Below the pieces are notes generated by a model that was not told the origin of the DNA, searched no databases, and was given only the letters and a program-made list of their open reading frames with translations. Below, one piece after another: positions 49,301 through 61,319 of a DNA stretch of 64,000 nucleotides (positions within the stretch are counted from its first letter, which is position 1; every line of letters starts with the position of its first letter). A program made the position numbers and the translations under genes. Source of the stretch: Perkinsus olseni (lineage: Eukaryota). The stretch covers positions 62,001 to 126,000 of the forward strand of contig JABANN010000011.1 of NCBI GenBank assembly GCA_013115125.1, in the 5' to 3' direction.

Positions 49301-49411
49301 GAGTTGGAGAAACTCGCAGACGAGGAGCCGTCGGAGCAGGAGGTGTTAGAAGCTTTCAAGTCAGCAGGACTGGAAGAGGCGTTCTCGACAGCGAGTAAAG
49401 GAGAAGGATGA
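46344..49411 (+). CDS. Probable secreted protein with Thr-rich mucin-like segments and acidic C-terminal region; spliced
   Basis: Signal-like MYHPDHKWCASALLSICVLRTSG. Thr/Ser tracts at ~47550-47650 and ~48205-48280. 297-aa acidic last exon. Confidence 0.5.
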
Positions 49412-49799
49412 TGCGGCCCTTACACGCTCTATGAGCGACTCACAGCATCATTGATGCATCACGACCGTGATAATCACGGCACTGTTCAACCGCTTCATGC
49501 GTAGCCTTCATCAGCTTGTTAAACTTACTATCCCACATTGCCGAGTTGCATCAGTCAGTCAAACCGCGAGGTAGAGATTCTCAACTGAGCGCGAGGGTAC
49601 TTGTCCGTCCGAGGCATGTTAAGCCCTCTAGTTACACGCCTCAGTGGCTTCGGAGGGCTTTTGAACTCCGTGTAGCCGCGCTACCGTACAGAGACTGAAC
49701 ACGACAGAGGAACCTTCCGATAACCATTCATAAGAACGCTCTTAATACGAGCAGGTTTTCCTCTTAATAGAACAACGCGAAGAGGATAATGAGGCGTAG

Positions 49800-50348
49800 A
49801 TGTCTACCGCTGCCCTGTTCGGTAAGAGGGCAGGAGTGCCATCGACTGCATCTATCCCGCTCCACCTAGCTCTGGGTGATGGCAAATTCATTCGTGGAGT
49901 GGTCCTTGCATCTGTTCAGTTTTAGTAAAACGCGAATACAGTCATTCAGAATCGAGAAAAATTATGACCAGTATTGGCAAGTATACACGCCCATGCTCAT
50001 TGGACGGACTCAAAGCGGAAAGTGGACACTGTAAGGCTGGCTCCTCTGCCCTCCACGTCAGAGACCAGCTCACTTGATCCATACCTACAAGGGCGGCAAT
50101 CACATCATCGGACACTCCCTAGAGCCCTACTCGCTCGGATGCAAACTCTGCGACGACGTTACTTCCGATGCTCGTGGGCTTGTGACGACCGTGTCCGTCT
50201 GCGGAGGAATTACCCCACACAGCCCCGACTGGACGGTCAAACTCACAAGTGGTTCCAGAATCGACGTAAGTCTGAGCTTATGATTGATTTCCTCGAGCAA
50301 CTTGACTTCACGACTGAGAGCATGGAGAATCACGTGAGAAGCAAATAG
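49800..50348 (+). CDS. Small hypothetical spliced gene
   Basis: Exon-like LIHTYKGGNHIIGHSLEPYSLGCKLCDD...SGSRID|gtaag. No domain recognised. Confidence 0.3.
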
Positions 50349-50381
50349 ACACAGGAGAAGCACCGGAGTCGGTCTATCTCT

Positions 50382-53300
50382 TCATCTCGCTCGTCGAGGC
50401 TGGACTTCAGTCGGCCAATCTTTCCCGCACCAGAGTCCTCCGCGGCCTCCAGTGTAGCGATGCGCTCCTCTTGTGAACGCAGCAGTGACCTGAGGGGCTG
50501 ATTGGTGCAAACAGAAAGCTCTCTTAGCTGTTAGCGAAGCGAATCTCCAAGCAGCCCACCTCAGCGAGGCTATCTTCTGCAAGGCTTGTTGCAAGCGCTC
50601 CTCATTATCCCTTGACTGCCTAGTCACCGAAGAGCCCAGCAGGTGGAGGACCCACCTGCGAAGCCGACCACGTGGTAAGTCGTACGGCAGTCGACGCGAT
50701 GTGTGTAGCAAAATAGTGGCTCGGCGAGGGGCTGTTTAGAGAAAGTTGAGCTGTTAACGTGGAAACGAGTTCGAAAGTCGACCAGCCCACGATGCTCACG
50801 CTAAAAGCGTCCGGCGGAGCAATCTAATGGACCTTCTGAATTGGAGGTTCTCGCAGACTTGTCGAGCGTACTGGCCCCATGCAGCAGTCGAAGCCCACGT
50901 TGAAATCGCCGTTCGCAACAATTTCTGAAAACCAGAAGCGGCCTTTGGTGTTGCGAGCATTAAATACGACGCAGCTGCTCTTTCGACTCCTCCTACCCTC
51001 TGACGCCATGCAAGTGCTGATTCTGCCTGCTTCACCAACCGCCCCTGTCGGCCTCGTCGCCGCAAGGCCCTCAGAGCCAATCGGCACATCGCTACGATCT
51101 TTTCTCGCTCGACAGTATCACGGAGCCCGTCCATCCCCTGGCGGAGTAGCGCCCTGTGAAGGTGTCCCCCAAGCAAGTCCACAAGCTTTCTTCCCTCCCT
51201 CTCCTGTACTCGGTTCACGGCAAGGGCGGTGAACGCCGCACGACACAGTCTTCTACGAGGGATGTCCACGCGAGCGCGCTGTACAGTCGCGACTTTCTCG
51301 GCAGCCTTGCTGCGCCATTGAGAGAACAATCGTCTCTCCAGGTTGCCTTCTAAGGAACAGCGTATGGTGTTGGCTCGATTCCGCAGAAGTCCGCCCTCGC
51401 TGAGCTTCCTCAGAGCCACCAATTTGACCCGTCGCTGTCGTTCAGCTAGCAGGGCCGCACATGCTTTCTCAACCCGAAAGGCTTCACACCACGCCCGTAA
51501 CGCCGCTCGTTCGTGCATCAACAAAACAAGACAACAGGCTTCCCTGCGCCTTTGCATTCGCAGCCCCGCTTGCCGCCAGTATCCGAGCCACCGGAGCAGG
51601 AGTCTCCATTGACTGTAGGACGCTGCTCGGTCGGCTAGCCCTCGGCGATGGGACGACAGCCGCCTCCACTCGCCAAACACACTCCGCATCATAATCATCA
51701 GCTGGTCGGCCGCTCGGATGTAGCTGAACACAGTGCTTAACCCACACTCATCGTCAGCAATGCGAATTTCCACTTCGACGTTTCGTAAGTTAGCGAATTC
51801 GAGCAATACTGCGACCTACTTTCTCCAAGAGCGGAGGACCACAGCACAGAATCGTGCTTGGCTGCCTCTCCGAACAGAGTTGGCCACGCAGCGGAAGGCC
51901 CTGGAGAGCTGCTTCGCCGTCTGAAAAGAGACACTCATAAGGAGATTGATGCCGCTCATCATGTCAGTGCCTTCCATCGTGGCAGCCATCGCTGTAACAT
52001 CTTCTTCTCTCTGAAGTCCGCGGCCAGGAGTTCCATCACGTCATTTCTACGGAGCTCGGCCGTCGCCGCCTAAAGCCAACGCGCTCCATACCTTCCAAGG
52101 ATGCTTCCTGAATACCTCCAACTTCGCCGCTTGACTGAGCGAGGCCTCCATTAGCTCTGCCAGCTGCGACTTTGCCGTCTGGGCCTCCTGCTTCTCCTGC
52201 TCCAGCTAAGCTCAGCGATGACTGGATGGACGGAAGATTGTCCTTGGTGAACCAACCTACCTGATCCGAGAGGGTTTCGAAATCGCGTGCGAGATCCCGC
52301 AGCGATTCCTCCAGCTTCTGTCCACTCCTGAAGGCCTCGTCCCTCTCCGCTTCAAGGCTCTCTTCAGCTGCTTGAAAGTGCTTCAACTGACGTGATACAG
52401 TTAGCATCATGACAGATAGAGAAAAGCACCTCATTCCCCTGCGCCCTGACGGCTTCATCCAATGCATTGTTCTCGTCCTGCAGCCGCGCTATGGTCGCCT
52501 CAGCGCTGGTCAGCCGTGCCGTGAGTCTGAGGAGTCCTCTGCCGTGACCATGTCACAGTCTATCGTGTACTTAGCGATCTCCATCTCGGCGATGCGGCAG
52601 TTCTCAGCGTTCTGCTCATGGAATAGCTGCAGACGTTCCTTCAGCCGAGTGTTCATCCCTCTAGCTTTTACGTGCTGCCACACGGGACCTCTACCAACTG
52701 CCGTTGATGGGAAGGGAGGCCCACCTGGCTCTCTGCGATGGTGAGGCTTTCCTCTAAGGACTGGCAACGCCTCTGGACTATGGCTAGCTCCGACATGGAT
52801 TCATCCAGTTCTTGCTGCAGACTCGGCTGGAGCTTCTCCTCCTGATGCGAGTGAAGCCGAACTTGACACCAGTCCTGTCGAGGCTCGACAGTCGGGCCCA
52901 AATCGCACGCCTCGCTACGACTCTTCCGCGTGGTTGACCACGCGATAAGCTTTTACGGAAGCCAGAACAGTCGCACTCTATGGAGCGAATGGCGGGACGG
53001 TTACTCACCATTTTCTCCTCGATGAGGTCACGCGACTGAACTTGAGTGCGAAATTTTGATCGCCCCATCGCCTATCCCCACGACGGAGCGCGTTGTAGCC
53101 GCGTATAAACGCAGCCAATCACCTGTCCTGTAAATGGATTGGCCTGCACCCTGGGTGCCTCTGGTGGTCGTCGCGGAGAGATGCTGCGTGCAGCTACGGG
53201 TGCTCTCTGCCGCTCTCTGCTGGGGCAGCGATGCTTAGCTTGCCCTCTAGCAGGGCTGTGTTGCCTCAGACTCGCCGCGAACTCTGCGTTGCGGACTGCG

Positions 53301-53800
53301 AGGCTGCGAGAGTTGTCGCGACCGCCCCATTGCATCGAACCTCTGGAGTTGAAAAAAGGCCTGGCGAGGCGAATGCTCAGTAGTGAGGCAGAGGCCCTTT
53401 GAATCGATGGCTTCAATGCTCTGCTCTACACGGGAGATAGCAACGACTCGCCACGAGCGAGAGATGAGATCTAGTTGAAGCCACTCTACGAGCTCCTTCA
53501 CAGACACTCCACTCTGCATGGCCCTGAGTGAAAGGTGATCATGTCTCCCGGGCCGATGCCCCAGGCTGCTTCTAGGTAAGGATGGACCGGCTGTACACGA
53601 CCAGTGGGTAGCGAGCAGAAGCAGTGGACCTTGCAGGTTACCTGTCGCATCCAGTATAATTACATCCGCCTCATCTCGATTTTCGCGTTCAGCGGAGCAA
53701 CTTTGCGTCGAAAAGTAAAGATTGCCCGAGGGCGTTATACCCCTTCACGGAGAGCGTCTGAATCTCCCTTTCACGCGCGCTCAGTCGCGTCGACTGAACA
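50382..53800 (-). CDS. Coiled-coil protein with Sfi1-like Trp-spaced repeats (centrin-binding type); 5' end approximate
   Basis: Coiled-coil exons followed by RSVFGEWRR, LLRWLGYWRQ, AALRAWCE, RLFSQWRS and AISTWAS. Confidence 0.55.
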
Positions 53801-53955
53801 CAACAAAAAAGGCTTACGGTGGATCTTGTGAAAAAGCTGCAGAAAATTAATGACGAAATAGAATATTAAGTTAACTAACCCGGATAGGATGCCTGCACCT
53901 GCACCATGGCATCCTTCACGGGTCTGAGCAGAACTGATAATAAAATGAACTCGTT

Positions 53956-55039
53956 TCATGGTTTCGCTCTCGCGATACCAATCTGCTCCTCGTCAAAGTC
54001 GAAAGAGAAGTAGTACCCCGGAATTGACCGATTCTCCAGAAGTCCTCAGAGTCTTCGAGGAAGAGCAAAGTGCATGACGACGCGAACTCTTCAACATAGT
54101 TCTCCGGCGGCATCTCTAAAGAGGCTGATCGACCAACCCCCTCAAACGACAGCTCTATCGTCGGCAGATAATCCCTGTCTGCGCAGTCGATCTCATACTC
54201 CCCCCGTTGAGCCTAATATCTATGGGTTTCTTGGCTCCGAATCTGATGAGAGTGATAAGATCTTCCCTAGCCTTAGCTGGCATGTGTATGCCGTTGGTGC
54301 CGGTGTCCAAAATGGCATGCAGACCAGCTTGTCTCCTGGAGGCCCCACCGACGTAAACGGCGAGCAAGTGAAGCATCCAGTGACGAACCGACTACAGGCA
54401 TGAGAGCTAGCGGGCCGATGAACTTGTCCGGGTCCACTCCTCCCAGGAGCACTTCTCCCCGCGCAAAGGGCCCAGACTCGAGATAGAGGGAAAAACTGCG
54501 GCTCTTGATGTATCCCGAAGGATCTCTAATCAGTTGATGGATTAGTGACCACTCAAGAAAGCGGTCCTGCGAGAAACCGAGCCCCAAGACGGACGATGGG
54601 CCGGCTGGCTGAGCCAGCCTGGCTCAGGGCCGTGACTGAACGATACCTCCGAGCCGAATAAGACCACCAGCGGATCCTGCTCGGGTATGTCAAAAAAGGC
54701 TACAGTTGCCACTAGCATTGCAGACGAGCCGTCTTTGAACGTAACCTCGGTCGGGAAGCTCAGATGTCCACAGGAGTCCTCTATCTTACAATAAAAGCAT
54801 CCGAAAACGCTCGTGCGGCAAAAGTCGGGAGGATAGTAGGGCCCGGAGATAAAGTACATGAGAGGCGTTTCGGTGTTCACCAATGCACCGAGACTTTGAT
54901 TGCTAACAAAAAGGTTGGCGACCAACCCATAACGCGCGAATACGGGATCGACAATCTCTCGGCGCATAGGAAGCCTGATTAGGGGTACAGCTCCGGCATA
55001 GAGTAGAATGATTGAGGAGATGACCCATAGCAGCTGCAT
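53956..55039 (-). pseudogene. Pepsin-family (A1) aspartic-protease-like pseudogene, copy 1
   Basis: Signal MQLLWVISSIILLYAGA, FSLYL, EVLLGGVDPDKFIG and ILDTGT. The reading frame is split over four ORFs by frameshifts. Confidence 0.85.
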
Positions 55040-55273
55040 TGATGCTAACATGAGGGGGAAAAGGTTGCCTGCCAATGAGCTCTCATCCCAATATGCCACA
55101 CTTGCAACGAGGAAAATCAGAGCCGGCTACTCAGTCACTGCGGGAAATGCAGGATTTACGTGTCGCTAGCTTCGTCACTGTTGGGGGGACAGTGAGGACG
55201 GAGTTGCTGGGTATCCTTATCGGCGTCCCTGCCAGTCGATGTTCTGCCTCGCATCCTCCATCCGGTCTGCATT

Positions 55274-55529
55274 CTGGTTCTGATAGGGCATGCACCTAGT
55301 ACTCTGGTTCTGATAGGGCATGCACCTANNNNNNNNNNNNNNNNNNNNNNNNNNNNNNNNNNNNNNNNNNNNNNNNNNNNNNNNNNNNNNNNNNNNNNNN
55401 NNNNNNNNNNNNNNNNNNNNNNNNNNTAGTACTCTGGTTGTGATAGGGCATGCACCTAGTACTCTGGTTGTGATAGGGCATGCACCTAGTACTCTGGTTG
55501 TGATAGGGCATGCACCTAGTACTCTGGTT
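55274..55529. repeat. 30-bp minisatellite spanning an N gap
   Basis: Unit tctggtt(c/g)tgatagggcatgcacctagtac. Confidence 0.9.
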
Positions 55530-56618
55530 AGTACTTCCTTTTACAGTGTAAAATTTACACTCCGGAAGGAGTTACCCCGCACTGTAGACAGCGGCGGACA
55601 TGCAGGCGCCGGCGTGACTGGGGAGATCCAGGCCCGCTCGAGGAGCTCTGTTGGCTCGTAGTTCGAGGTACTCACAGTGCCTAAGCACGCCCACCCATGA
55701 TTCACTAGAAGAGTTTTTAGAGATGTAACCGAGCCTCGGAGAACTCTATTGCATCTATTCGCAGCCTTCCCTTACTCCAGAACGGGACTAAGGATCTGGT
55801 GACACGTGTACTGTCCCATTCCGTCGTGTGTGACACACCCTTTTCCCTCAACTTGAGGTCTTCGCTAGCTGTTGTATTCCTGCCTATCTACTCCTCCCTA
55901 TCCTATCTATTATTGCGTTATTATACTGCACATGGGCACTGCGCCGGAGTGGAGGTCATTAGCATCACAGAGATGTTGCCCGGATTGCAGGCTGCTTTAC
56001 GTTAGGCAATGCTGTGTACGTTTCCGTTACTCGTTGGGTGCACAAACGACGGGAATATATGGCACTGTTCCACCGCTTCATGCGTAGCTTTCATGAGCAT
56101 GTTAAATCTTACATTGCGCCTCTAGTCGCGGGTCTCAGTTCCACCGGACGGCGCCTGAACTCCTCCAGAGGGAGAACTCACTGTCTAGCCGCGCAGCGCG
56201 GCCCGCGCTACGGTACACAGAATGAACGCAACAGATGAACCTTCCGATACCCATTAGTAGAAGACCTGATTTTTCCTCTTGATAGGAAAACGCCAAGGGG
56301 GTGATAATGACGAGTGCGGTCTCGAAATGAGATCTTGTCGGTGACCTCAAAACTCTCCGTTGTTACGAGACGAAGCCATACAATTCTACTAGAAGTGTTC
56401 AAGCTCGACGGCTGGATGCCGATCTACCCAGTCCTTCTCGCGTTGCCGCCGGGGAAGGCTTGCCAACATCAACTGGGGAAGGCAAGTCCTTCCGAGGCGT
56501 TGTCTCTTCCCAATGGTTGCTGCTCGCAAGCAGAGCGCATCTGCGTAGTATTCACTGAATACTATTCAGTTCTAGCAACTTCGCAAAACAGCTCGAAGCT
56601 TGGAGATCAATTTTGAAC

Positions 56619-56691
56619 AGCAGCCTGGCGCAGTGGATAGCGTGTTGGGCTCATAACTCAAAGGTCCCTTGATCAAAACAAGGAGTTGCTA
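56619..56691 (+). tRNA. Initiator tRNA-Met (CAT), variant or pseudogene
   Basis: AGCAGCCTGGCGCAGTGGATAGCGTGTTGGGCTCATAACTCAAAGGTCCCTTGATCAAAACAAGGAGTTGCTA. It has A1:U72, a CAT anticodon, an initiator-type ATC T-loop and a TTTT run immediately downstream. It deviates from the canonical structure at C7:A66, A57 and a G:U pair in the anticodon stem. Confidence 0.85.
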
Positions 56692-57088
56692 TTTTCGCCT
56701 CGTTATGTCAACGAGGTTGTTGACATACATACGCTACCAGCAGCCCCTGGCCATGGCCCGCTGAATACGCACACTTCTATTATCATTATACGTCTGAAGA
56801 CACTGGTTTTCAGGCAGTAACGGATTTAGTGCAGTATACACTACGGACCGGCCCGGAAAAGTCTCCACCGAGGCAAAACCTGACTCCACTCAACAGAATG
56901 CAATGAGTGGGAGCCGATGTGAAGCCGTCGCGAACTCCTAACGACGGCATACAAGGCCAAAAGTCTGTGGAAGTTCCACAGTGTAACGAGAGCTCCCCTA
57001 GCGAGCCTGGAGCCGGGGAATGTGTCCTGTAGATTCTTTTCGGACCTGAATAAGTTGTGTCCCGCGTCTTCCGAGTGGGTATACTGAG

Positions 57089-58450
57089 TACCTCCAACCT
57101 CGCCGCTGAGCGAGGCTTCCATGAGCTCTGCCAGCTGGGACTTGGCAGTCTAAGCCTCCTGCTTCTCCTGCTCAGCTCAGCCACGGGCACACGGATGGAC
57201 TATCGTCGTTGATGAAGCAACCTACCTGATTCGAGATGGTTTCAGAATCGCGTGCGAGATCCCGCAACGATTCCTCCAGCTTCTGTCCACTCCTGAATGC
57301 CTCGTCCCTCTCCGTTTCAAGGCTCCCTTCAGCTGCTTGCAAATGCTTCAACTAATTCATAACAGTTTGCACCATGACGGATAGAGAACAGCAACCTCAT
57401 TCCCCTGCCCCCTGACGGCTTCATCGAATGCATTGTTCTCGTCTTGCAGCCGCGCTATGGTCGTCTCAGCGCTAGTCAGCCGTGCCGTGAGTCTGAAGAG
57501 TCCTCTGTCGTGACCATGTCACAGTCTATCGTACTTGGCGATCTCCATCTCGGCGATACGGCAGTTCTCAGCGTTCTGCTCATGGAATAGCTGCAGACGT
57601 TGCTTCAGCCGGGTGTTCATCCCTCTAGCTTTTACGTGCTGTCCGACGAGGCCCCTACCAACTACTGCTGATGGAAAAGAGACCCACCTGGCTCTCTGCG
57701 ATGGTGAGGCTTTCCTCTAAGGACTGGCAACGCCTTTGGACTACGGCTAGCTCCGACATGGACTCATCCAGCTATTGCTGCAGACTCGGCTGGAGCTTCT
57801 CCTCCTGATGTGAGTTAAGAGAAACTTCAGATCTATCTAGTCGAGATTGGAATTGCATGCCAGGCCACGACTTCTCCACATCATTGAGCGCTCGGTAAGC
57901 CCCATCAGGAACCGAGAAGCAGTCCATCGAGTGAGTGGCGAAGAAGCTACTCACCACTGTCTGCTCGCTGAGGTCACGGGACTGAACCTGAGTGCGGAAT
58001 TCTGATTGTCCCATCGCCGACTTCCGCGGCGTAGGGCGTTATGCCCTATGCAGCCAATCACCTGTCCCGTAAATGGATTGGCCTGCGCCCTCGTTGCCTC
58101 TGGTGGTCGTCGCGGTGAGATGCTGCGTGTAGCCACGGGTGTGCTCTGCCGCTCTATGCTGGGACAACGATGCTCAGCTTGCCCCCTAGCAGGACCGTGT
58201 TGCCTCAGACTCGCCGCGAATTCAGCGTTGCGGACTGCGAGGCTGCGAGAGCTGTCGCGGCCGCCCCATTGCATGATGCAGTTTGCATCGCAGCTCTCGA
58301 GTTGACAAGGCCTGGCAAGGTTCATGCTCAGTAGCGAGGCTCTGACGCCTTCAAATCAAAGGCGTTGATGCTTAGCTCTTCACGTAGCAACGACTCGCTA
58401 CCAGCGAGAGATGAGCCCCAGTCGAATCCATTCTACGAGCTCTTTCACAG
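57089..58450 (-). pseudogene. Duplicated 5' fragment of the Sfi1-like gene
   Basis: Colinear high similarity to ~52110-53510, including introns. Truncated, with no Sfi1-repeat exon. Confidence 0.85.
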
Positions 58451-58749
58451 ACCGCCCGAGGCCGCTACCGCATATCCTCAAGGGGGGTCTGATTCTCCCG
58501 CTCATCCAGCCTCCTGCTTATCGACTAAACACAAACAAAGAGGTCCATGGTATCTCTTGTTAAAAACCGTAAAAAATAGTCAAATTGTTTATATCGAAAT
58601 GTGTTTTGTGCTGACGAAATAGCTGCCCCGTTGACTGGCCCGGATAGGAGGCACCCAGCAGGTACCTCAGTTTACAGGTGCAGCACCCGTAACCATCGGT
58701 ACCATGGCATCCTTCACGGGTCTGAGCAGAATAATAAGATGGGCTCGCC

Positions 58750-59738
58750 TCATGGTTTCACCCTTGCAATACCAATCTGCTTCTTGTCAAAGTCGAACGA
58801 AATATAGTACCCCGGAACGACATTGTGACCAATTCTCCAGTGGCCGTCAGTGTCTCCGAAGAAGAGCAAAGTGCACACGATTCCACGCGTGTTTTGCTTT
58901 TCTTCGGCATATTTCTCGGGCGGGACCTCCATGGAGACTTTTCCATCCACCCCTCAAACGACAGCTCTATTGTCGGCAGATAACCCCTGTCCGCGCAGTC
59001 GATCTCATATCTATCCCCGACGAGCCTAATATCAATGGGCTTCTTGGCTCCGAATCTGATGAGAGTGATGAGATCTTCCCTAGCCTTGGCTGGCAAGTAT
59101 ATGCCGTTGGTGCCGGTGTCCAAAATGGCATGCAGACCAGCTTGTCTGGAGGCTCCACCGACATTAACGGCGAGCAGGCGAAGCATCCAATGACCTTCGC
59201 CGACCACAGGCATGAGAGCTAGCGGCCCAATGAACTTGTCAGGGTCCACTCCTCCTAGAAGCACCTCTTCACGCGAAAGAGACCCAGACTCGAGATAGAG
59301 AGAAAAGCTACGGCTCTTGATGTATCAACGACTGAACTCCACCTCTGAGCCGAATGTGAGGAGCAACACACTCTGCTCGGACATGAGGGCTTCAGTTGCC
59401 AGTAGAAACATAACTGAGCCATCCCTGAGCGTAACCTGGTCCGGGTAAGTTGGGTCCCCTTCTTCACAGAGGTCCTCTGCGTGACAATAAAAGCATCCTA
59501 AGACACTCGTGTTGCAATAGCGAGCCGGTACGGGCGCCTCCCCTGACATAAAGTACATGAGGGGCGTGTCGGTGCTCACCAATGCACTGAGGTTTTGTTT
59601 GGTAACAGAAATGTCGGCGACCAACCCGTAGAGTGAAAATGGGTCATCGACAAACTCTCGGCGCATAGGAAGCCTCATTAGGGGTACAGCTCCGGAAACG
59701 AGTAGAATGATTGAGGAGATTGCCCATAGCAGCTGCAT
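58750..59738 (-). pseudogene. Aspartic-protease-like pseudogene, copy 2
   Basis: Internal deletion of about 0.1 kb at ~59328 relative to copy 3, and a 1-nt deletion in the G run at ~58950. Confidence 0.85.
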
Positions 59739-60461
59739 TGATGCTAACACGAGAGGGAAAAGGTTGCCTGCCAATAAGCTCCCATGATGGGAATCCCATC
59801 CTAATGTGACTCGCGAGCAACGGAAAAGATGATAGCCGGCAATCCAGCCGCCGCTGGGAATGCAGAATATGCGTGTCGCCAGCTTCGACACTGTCGGAGG
59901 AACAATATGCACGGAGTTGCTGAATATCCTCTTCGACGGCCCTGCCCGCACTTGGCCCACCTCACATCTCCTACCCGACCTACATTCTGGAGGTGATAAG
60001 ACCTGCAGTCTAGCGGTCTGGCAAGCGTTTTTCTCTCTACACTCCGGGAAGGGCTAGCCCGCACGGTGAACAGTGGCGAGCGTGCAGGAGCCGGCTTGAG
60101 CAAGCAGAGCCAGGCCCGCTAAAGGCGCTCTGTTGGCTCCTAGTGGGAGGCACCCATCGTGCCGAAGCATCTCCACGGTGGGCCGCCACTGAGTTACTAA
60201 TAGACCTTTCAAAAACGCATTCGAGCTGCAGAGAACTTCATCGCGTTTGTTCGTAGTCTTCCGTGCCCCGGAACGGGGCAGAGGATCCGGTGACACCGGC
60301 GGAATGGCTGGATGCTATTAGTACGATCGCAGAGGTATTACAGGATTCCAGGCTGTTTGCCTCTATTCAGCGCTACTTGTTAGGTGAAAGTGTGCGAACA
60401 GGAGGGGAGCACTTATTCTGATGATAGTATCGCACCGCACAACCTGGGTTGACAGGTCACG

Positions 60462-60950
60462 TGTCCCGTAAATGGATTGCCCTCCGCCCCCGTTGCCTCT
60501 GATGACTGTACCGGTAAGATCTGCGTGTAGCTACGGGTGTTCTCTGCCGCTCGCTGATGAGACAACAATGATTCGTTTGCCCCCTAACGCCGCGGACTCC
60601 GCGTTGCGGAGTGCGGCTGCGAGAGTTTTCACGGCGGCCCCATTGCATGGAGCCTTTCAAGTTGGAGGAAGGCCTGCCAAGGTTCATGCTCAGTAGCGAG
60701 GCACAAGAGCCTTCGAACCAAATACTTCAATGCTTAGCTCAGCACTAAGGTAGTGACGATAGATGTGACCTAGTTTATCTTACGAGCTCCTTCATATGGC
60801 CCGAAGTGGAAAGTGATAACGTCTCTCAGGCCAAGTCCTAGGTTGCTCCCAGGTAAGGATGGGTGGCGGGGGGGGGCGGTACATGACCAGCGGTTAACGA
60901 CCATGGGCAGTTACCGTTGTAGCCGGGCTACTTGGCTGATCCAGTACGAT
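60462..60950 (-). pseudogene. Second, more degraded 5' fragment of the Sfi1-like gene
   Basis: Similar to ~53122-53650 (tgtcccgtaaatggatt...gcgttgcgga...catgctcagtagcgaggc). Confidence 0.75.
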
Positions 60951-61319
60951 AACATCTTCTACTTCTTCTCGTCTCGCACTCCCAATTTTGAAACAACGCG
61001 AACCGACTTAGCGTTGCAAAGTCGAGATTGCTCGAGGGCGGCGCTACACTTTTCCACAAAGAGCGTCTGCTTCTCTTGATTATCCAAGCTCTCGGTTATC
61101 GACTGAACACAACAAAAAAGGCTCACGGTAACTCTTCCGAATAGGTGTAAAGAATGAGTATAATTGTTTATATCGAAATATGTCTCGTGCTGACTAAATG
61201 GCTGCCTCGTTGAGTGCCCCGGATAGGAGGCACTCAGAAGGCACCAGGTGCAGAACCTGTAGCCATCGGTATCATGGCATCCTCCACAAGTCTGAGCAGA
61301 ATAATAAGATGGGCTCGCC

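Noticed and set aside
55320-55661. ORF with STLVVIGHAP repeats as a repeat protein
   Set aside because: It is a translation of the 30-bp minisatellite across an N gap, with no supporting gene structure.
58684-58700. cacccgtaaccatcgg (and cctgtagccatcgg at ~61257) as spliced-leader relics
   Set aside because: Only ~10 nt resemble ACCGTAGCCAT and the TTGGCTCAAG half is missing.
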